NCBI GenBank assembly: GCA_951406725.2
Contig: OX597832.1
Span: forward strand, 16,368,001 to 16,432,000
Reading direction: 5' to 3'
DNA length: 64,000 nt
DNA from: Octopus vulgaris
Taxonomy: Eukaryota
Shown here in pieces: positions 57,030 to 64,000 of this stretch (the first letter of the stretch is position 1; each line of letters begins with the position of its first letter). A program made the position numbers and the translations under genes. Below the pieces are notes generated by a model. That model did no database searches. It was not told the origin of the DNA and saw only the letters and a program-made list of their open reading frames with translations.

Positions 57030-58050
57030 CCAATCCATCAAGGATAGGCATCAAAGCTTGTCGCTCGCAGTCTCGTTCAACAGATAGCCACAACATCGGC
57101 ACTTAGTGAGTTGAGGACGTTGTGTAGTTGGCCTTTTTCCAAGGCGACCTGAGCAGGATCACGTTAGATAAAAGTATACAAGCGGAAGAGACTACTTACT
57201 GTGATTTCGTTGGCGAGGAGGTCACTGATGTACAGTCCCCATAAGTACGTGTGGATGTTTCCACGTGCAGTTCATTATATATTCTTTTCTTTCTGTCTCT
57301 CTGGAAAGACCCGACTCCTTCACCGTATTTTGCTTTGATGGTGTTATATGTGTGTGTTGTGACGTTTTTATGGTGTTTGTAAAGTGTTGGAGTGTTTCTT
57401 AACTATGTGTGATAGCTTTATATGTAATCCATTAGTTTTTCAATGTTGGTGTCTATTTCTGTGTAGTCGAAAAATCTTTGATCTGTGTTGGTTTTCAGAT
57501 GTGCGATTTGGAAGATGAGAGTGTGAACTGGGTTGAGTTTGTGAAAGTAATGTTTGTGGTAGTGGTGTTTGTGATGGTAGTGATGGGGATGATTGTGTTG
57601 TTCACGGTGCTGGTGTGGCTGCTGTTGAGGAAATTATTTGAGAAATTGTTTTCGATGGTGTCTCCTCCTTTGATCATGCCCGCCATTTTGTTTGTTCTAC
57701 TGAGGTCCATGCTGGTTGTTTTGTTTGTCTTTTGTTTGGCCTCCGAATATTTTGGCAGTTTGGGTCTTCATGCTCCTCTTCACCGCGGGACATGTTTCAT
57801 TAATCCGAACCCGGAGGGCTTTATTCAGGTTTTCGCAGTACTATTTTCAGGTTTTTCTGTTCATAAAGATATTGCTGTGTTGTAAGTATTCTGAGGCTGT
57901 CGATTTTGCTGATGTTGGTGATTTCTCTGCTGTTTCCACTGTTGTTCCTGGTATTGCTGCTGCTATTGCTGTCGATGTTTCTGTGATTGCGGTTGCTGCT
58001 ACTAACCTTACTGTTGCTTTTGAATCTATAGTCACCTACATCTGCTAGTG
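56150..58050 (-). mobile_element. Decayed L1/Tx1-clade LINE (ORF1 remnant plus APE endonuclease of ORF2)
   Basis: Minus strand: LNSLSADVVAIC*TRL, GCGTAVL, HPEGEFAVLDL, VRLMAIHA, LVLLDNWNA and GPGY*KL, matching the APE motifs QETR, GDWN and GPGYWKLN. Upstream Thr/Asn-rich ORF1-like region. Confidence 0.8.
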
Positions 58051-58200
58051 ACGTTGTTGTTGTATTTTGCTGTTGTGTGGTTGTGGTGTTGGTGTTGTTG
58101 GTGTTGGTGGTGTTGGTGGTGGTGGTAGTGGCTGCGGTGGTGTTGGTGGTGGTAATAGTGGTGGCGGTGGTGATGGTGGTGGTGTTGTCGGTGGTGGTAG
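58050..58200. repeat. (GGT/GTT)n low-complexity tract
   Basis: Direct inspection. Confidence 0.9.
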
Positions 58201-58934
58201 CAAAATTGGGGAGCTCATATCTCTCTTTTGTATTGGGCAGTTAGCTTCGAGGTGGCTTGTGTCCTCTCAGAAATGAAATCTTTACTTTCTGCCACATGAT
58301 GCTTTTCCTACTCCGATAGGCTTATCCTTCCGGCTTCGATATGAAATATACCAACCTCAGGCTAGGAGTAAATGACTTCAGTATATAATTTATAGAACAA
58401 AATAATAAATACCACTTAGTTTCGACTATATCCGAGATACCTATGAATGTGATTAAAACTATATCAGATATATAACATGAACCACTCAGTCGACAAGAAA
58501 CCTCGTCACAGAATAGAAAATTTATGGCTTTCTGCCTGTAGTAGAAATCATAAAATTTGTTTCTTATCTTTGAAAAAGTAATATTTTTCTTCAACTCATC
58601 AAATAACAAAACTTTACATCATAGTTATTATATAGACTTCAGTATCTGTAAATCGATATATCAATGTTTTACAAGAGATCATACGATATCTTATTAGTTT
58701 CGCTAAGGTGACATCTTTGATATTTTCTTAATGTGATAGTCTTGTTGAAATTAAGTGCTTATACACCGATCACGTTGGTAGAATATATTTTCTTGAAATT
58801 TTCATAGATCAGTTTTCATCACAGAGTGAAACAAAGCAACACATCTTTAATAAGGTAGCGAATGTAATTACGTCGGTCTAACTACCTATGTACATGATGA
58901 TATATCTGCATTTATTTTTCGATCCAGCATTCTG

Positions 58935-58988
<54 letters not shown>

Positions 58989-59424
58989 GTATAGTTAATC
59001 CAAACATGAAAACAGTCAGAGAAAACACAACAACGTAAGGATGTGGAACAAGTATAGTGTTAATGGTGTCAGGAAAGGAAAGATGAATGATTTAACGTTT
59101 CGGTAAAAGGAGATGGGAACGCAATAATAAATCTCGAGAGAGGGATGACCTCCATTTGCAAACATTATAAGAATTAAAAAAAGGAATATTCCCATCATGC
59201 ATTTTTGAAGTTTCGTGAACTATGTTTTAGTATTTAGACTGTATGTTAATTGAATAATAGTTTAAAGTAGCAGTAAATAGGGTGTGAGTACGTCGCTGGA
59301 TTTTAGAGTGTTAGGCCATAACTAAGACGTTGTAGGTATAATGGACTTATTGGTGAATTGCATATCTTCCTTAATTTACCATCAAATTATATTTACTTTA
59401 TTTTATTTTACTGTGTAAATTTAC

Positions 59425-59718
59425 AAAAAAAGTTACCATTCGTATCACTTGAAATTTAAAATAAAAGTTACCATTCGTATCACTTCAAATTTAAAATAAA
59501 AGTTACCATTCGTATCACTTGAAATTAAAAGAAAAAAGTTACCATTCGTATCACTTGAATTTTTAAAAAAGAGTTACCATTCGTAATCACTTGAAATTTT
59601 AAAAAAAGCGTTACCATTCGTATCACTTGAAATTTTAAAAAAAAGCTACCATTCGTATCACTTAAAATTTTAAAAAAAATGACCATTCGTATCACTTGAG
59701 ATTTTAAAAAAAAGTTAC
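59425..59718 (+). repeat. Minisatellite, 8 units of ~35-37 bp (GTTACCATTCGTATCACTTGAAATTTTAAAAAAAA)
   Basis: Eight copies of ACCATTCGTATCACTT (one with an extra A) separated by A/T tracts of variable length. Confidence 0.95.
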
Positions 59719-60908
59719 ACGAAATTTAACAGTTCGTATTAGAACTATAGGTCTTTTATTCCAAATTATCTCTTCGTAATTGCCTACATGTTTATTAACA
59801 TTTATTCGTGTATATTTTCCTTGCTATCTTTATTTTTATATTGTTATTTTTATTTTTACTCGTATTTACTTCTATTCGTATTCCTTTCGTTTTTATTCAC
59901 ATTTGTATATATTATTAAAATAGAATTTGTAAATTTAATTTTATTTGGAACACAATATATATAGCTAACATGGTTTTTAGGTATTTAAAATAAAAATAAA
60001 AAATCTTTTTATTTGGTGGGACAGAGGGCTATACTATCTCTAAATTAAAATATATTTTTTGATTGAGAATAATTTGAACCTCTGTTATGCCGGAATTGTT
60101 ATTCCTTAAAAAATGATATATATTACTTTATATATATATATATATTACTTTATTATCATCTTATAATCATCTCATAATAATGACTCTTATGACTATCTCA
60201 ATCCATCTAAATGTATATATTTGTCGATACCTGTCGTAAAAAGCATTTTTTATTTGCAATGTGCATTTTCGTTGATTTTTCGTATTTTACCCTTACATTT
60301 CCACGTGTATTTTATATTTTCTTTTTGTAACATATTTCTACTATATATATATATATATATATATATGTTTGTGTGTGTGTGTGTATGTGTGTGTGCAGTA
60401 AAAGGGAGAAGGCAACGAAGGTGACGACAGATGGTTAGTTATATAGATCTCTTCTTAATGATACAGGCGACCATTTTGATACGTCATTTTGATACAGTAC
60501 CATGTATTGCTTGTAGTTGCTTTAAGCAAAACTTAAATTCATGTTTTCAGAGAGAATTCACCCTGAACAATTACGTCTAATATTTACTCGATAATGCATA
60601 CGATACATAATGTAGGTATTCATAAAAATGACATGTCAGGTATGAGTGATTTCGCTGGTCACACGTACTTTTAAACCTGTAGTTTTACCTGTTAAGAAAG
60701 GAACAACTATCTTGTTGGTTTCCATTAAGCTATCAGTGCAATAATATATCCATTAAATAAGCATATCTCTCACTATCTCTATAAGTCTTTTTCTCTACCA
60801 TCCCCTCCCTATTTGCACAAATATGTGTGGTTATGAGTGTATACACGCACACACACACATATATATACACACACACACACACATATATATATACAAACAC
60901 ACACAGAC

Positions 60909-60990
<82 letters not shown>

Positions 60991-61129
60991 CCTGCATATA
61001 TAAGTATAGGTATGTGTGTGCATGCTTGTATGTGTTCACAGAAGCTCTGATCACACCATTCGTTAAACATTGTATAAGTTTCATGTTAATATATATCACC
61101 ATCATTCAAGTGATGAGTACACATTGGGA

Positions 61130-61624
61130 CAACAGAGACATTATTTTGGGGTTTATCCTCGGTTATTCAACAGTTTAAGCTATCATTTTGTGAAAGAATA
61201 TTTATGTTCCTATAACTTGTCTTAATTATGTAACCCTTTAAATTAGAAGATAACAAACTTCATTTTCGGCGCTTAATGATTTGGGAACCAGACAAATATT
61301 GCTGGAGCTCCACTGGGGTGTGTTACCCCACTCTTCCTATTCACCAGATATTGCTCCTTCGGATTTCCACTTATTTAGGTCTCTGCAGAATAGTCTTAAT
61401 GGTAAACAATTCAATTCCTTAGATGACGTAAAAAGATACTTCGATGAATTCTTTGCCATGAAACCACCTTAATTCTGGGAAGAGGGTAATTTCATGTTAA
61501 AGGAGAATTGGAGACGCATTGTGCAAACAAAAGGTTCACATTTAGTTGATTAAAAATATAATGGAAAGTTCGTGCCCTTTTTTTTCCTTTAAAAATCGGC
61601 ACGAACTTTCCGGACAACCCAATA
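61130..61624 (+). pseudogene. Internally deleted mariner transposon
   Basis: LLELHWGVLPHSSYSPDIAPSDFHLFRSLQNSLNGKQF (YSPDLAPSD motif). Right TIR ...GGCACGAACTTTCCGGACAACCCAA-TA. Left boundary approximate. Confidence 0.88.
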
Positions 61625-62074
61625 CATCATTCGTTGCATATTCGAATACGAACGTAGTTGTTGTTGCTGTTATATTTATTTTCGTGTGCACTCTCATCCG
61701 TAACTTTTATGAACATTTTAGTTAATGCCAATTAAATGTTAGTGTATTTGGAATGCAAATATGTCCAGATATCAAATTAGTTCATACTTTCTTTCTTTCT
61801 AAAAATAAGGAATCCAACAAAATGGCATATTCCCCTCTAAATTCAGAGTTGTTAGTTTAGCTAATCTAAATGCTTTCCGTAGATAAAATGAAAAGCACGT
61901 GATATATAAAGCCGGGATTGAAATTGGCTGACGTCGAAAGTAGATGAAAGCTCTGCTGACATACAAGAATATAAAAGAAATTATTCATTAACGCATAAAT
62001 GAGCAGGAAATATAGTACATAAATTGTATTTTCAATTAATGAAATAGATTTCATAATTAAATAGATTTTGCGAA

Positions 62075-62543
<469 letters not shown>

Positions 62544-62583
62544 TAAAAAAAAAACCTTAGGAAGGAGCAGCCAGGATCGAAGA

Positions 62584-62660
62584 CTCCTGATGAAGTCTGG
62601 AGGGTATATCAGCCGAAACTTTGTGTTCACAGCAAACAAAATGTGAACAAATCCGTCGAA
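62584..62660 (+). ncRNA. Hammerhead-like motif with extended stem III
   Basis: CTC-CTGATGA-A-GTCTG...CAGCC-GAAA-C TTTGTGTTCACA-loop-TGTGAACAAA TCC-GTC-GAA. Stem I is weak. Confidence 0.55.
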
Positions 62661-62958
62661 TGTAAATAATGTAAATATTGTAAATTTACAAATTTAATCT
62701 GTGAGAAAACTTTCGTCACTTAGGACACTCTCCTTCCGCATACTTTTGCAGCATTTGTAACTTCTTACTTTCTTCTATTTGTCTTTGCACATGGTATTTA
62801 CTACTTGTTTATATCTAAACAAATAAAAATGATGTCTTAAAATCTGAATGAGTGAGAGTTCCATGATCTTGGTACTTGTCCTTTTGTTGCTGTAAATATA
62901 ACGAAAAGAGAATTTCCATAGAAGCAAGTTAATTTTCTCAAGTAAAATGTCGATAATG

Positions 62959-63540
62959 TTTCTGTTATAGGCACTAGGCCTGAACTTTTGGGGGAAGGTG
63001 ACTAGTCGATTACCTGGACGCCAGAATTTCGCTGGCACCTTATTTATCGACCCTGAAAGAATAAAGGGCAAAGTCGACCACGGTAGAATTTGAACAAAGA
63101 ACGTAGCGACAGAAGATATACCTATTTCTTTACTACCCACAAGGGGCGAAACACAGAAAGGACAAACAAGGATAGACTAACGGATTAAGTTGATTGCATC
63201 GATCCAGTGCGTAACTGATACTTATTTAATCGACCCCGAAAGGATGAAAGACAAAGTCGACCTCGGCGTAATTTGAACTCAGAACGTAGCGGCAGCCGAA
63301 ATACTTTTTTTTTTTTAATACCCACAAGGGGTTAAATACAGAGGGGACAAAGAAGGAGAGACAGACGGATTAAGTCGATTATATCGACTCCAGTGCGTAA
63401 CTGGTACTTAATTAATCGACTCCGAAAGAATGAAAGGCAAAGTCGACCTCGAGGGAATTTGAACTCAGAACGTAACGGCAGACAAAATACGGCTACGCAT
63501 GTTGCCCGGCGTGCTAACGTTTCTGCCAGTTCACCGCCTT
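62959..63540 (-). mobile_element. Trimeric SINE family B (one head, three ~185-bp body units)
   Basis: ATCGAC(C/T)C.GAAAG.AT.AA.G.CAAAGTCGACC recurs at ~63046, ~63229 and ~63415. Single head at 63490-63540. Confidence 0.9.
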
Positions 63541-63569
63541 AAGTACAATGTTAATAATAAAATAAATAT

Positions 63570-63989
63570 ACTCTTTTACTCTTTTACTCTTTTACTTGTT
63601 TCAGTCATTTGACTGTGACCGTGCTGGAGCACCGCCTTTAGTCGAGCAAATCGACCCCGGGACTTATTCTTTGTAAGCCCAGTACGTATTATATCGGTCT
63701 CTTTTACCGAACCGCTAAGTGACGGGGATGTAAACACACCAGCATCGATTGTCAAGCAATGCTAGGAGGACAAACACAGACGCACAAACATATACACACA
63801 CATACATATATATATATACATATATACGACAGGCTTCTTTCAGTTTCTGTCTACCAAATCCACTCACAAGGCATTGGTCGGCCCGAGGCTATAGCAGAAT
63901 ACACTTGCCCAAGATGCCACGCAGTGGGACCGAACCCGGAACCATGTGGTTGGTTAGCAAGCTACTTACCACACAGCTACTCCTGCGCC
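63570..63989 (-). mobile_element. Full-length SINE family A
   Basis: Head GGCGCAGGAGTAGCTGTGTGGTAAG...GGTTCGGTCCC, CORE-like ATCTTGGGCAAGTG, (GTAAAAGA)n tail. Confidence 0.92.
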
Positions 63990-64000
63990 TATAGCCACTC

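Noticed and set aside
57478-57885. Hydrophobic plus-strand ORF suggesting a membrane protein
   Set aside because: Antisense reading of the A/C-rich LINE ORF1 remnant.
59425-59718. CRISPR-like appearance of repeated ~23-nt cores
   Set aside because: Linkers are short homologous A/T tracts, not unique spacers. No cas genes and the context is eukaryotic.

Overview
AT-rich, microsatellite-saturated animal genomic DNA. The SINE families resemble those I recall from Octopus/coleoid cephalopods; this is an inference with no database check. There is no complete protein-coding gene, and nearly all listed ORFs are microsatellite artefacts. Supported features: (i) a probable minus-strand terminal coding exon at 10304-10417 and a weaker second candidate at 29303-29344, so much of the window may be one large intron; (ii) many tRNA-derived SINEs from at least three families; (iii) fossil DNA transposons (Chapaev3-like, mariner, DD41D/Tc1-like, a mariner MITE, a non-autonomous Helitron); (iv) L1/Tx1- and CR1-like LINE remnants; (v) a Penelope GIY-YIG fragment. 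The most notable signal is a dense set of minimal type-I hammerhead ribozyme motifs (CUGANGA...GAAA-palindrome-UH): seven with intact cores plus several decayed ones. They sit in short, microsatellite-flanked Penelope-like termini and include a head-to-head pair of hammerheads inside a 76-bp inverted repeat at 32337-32494.
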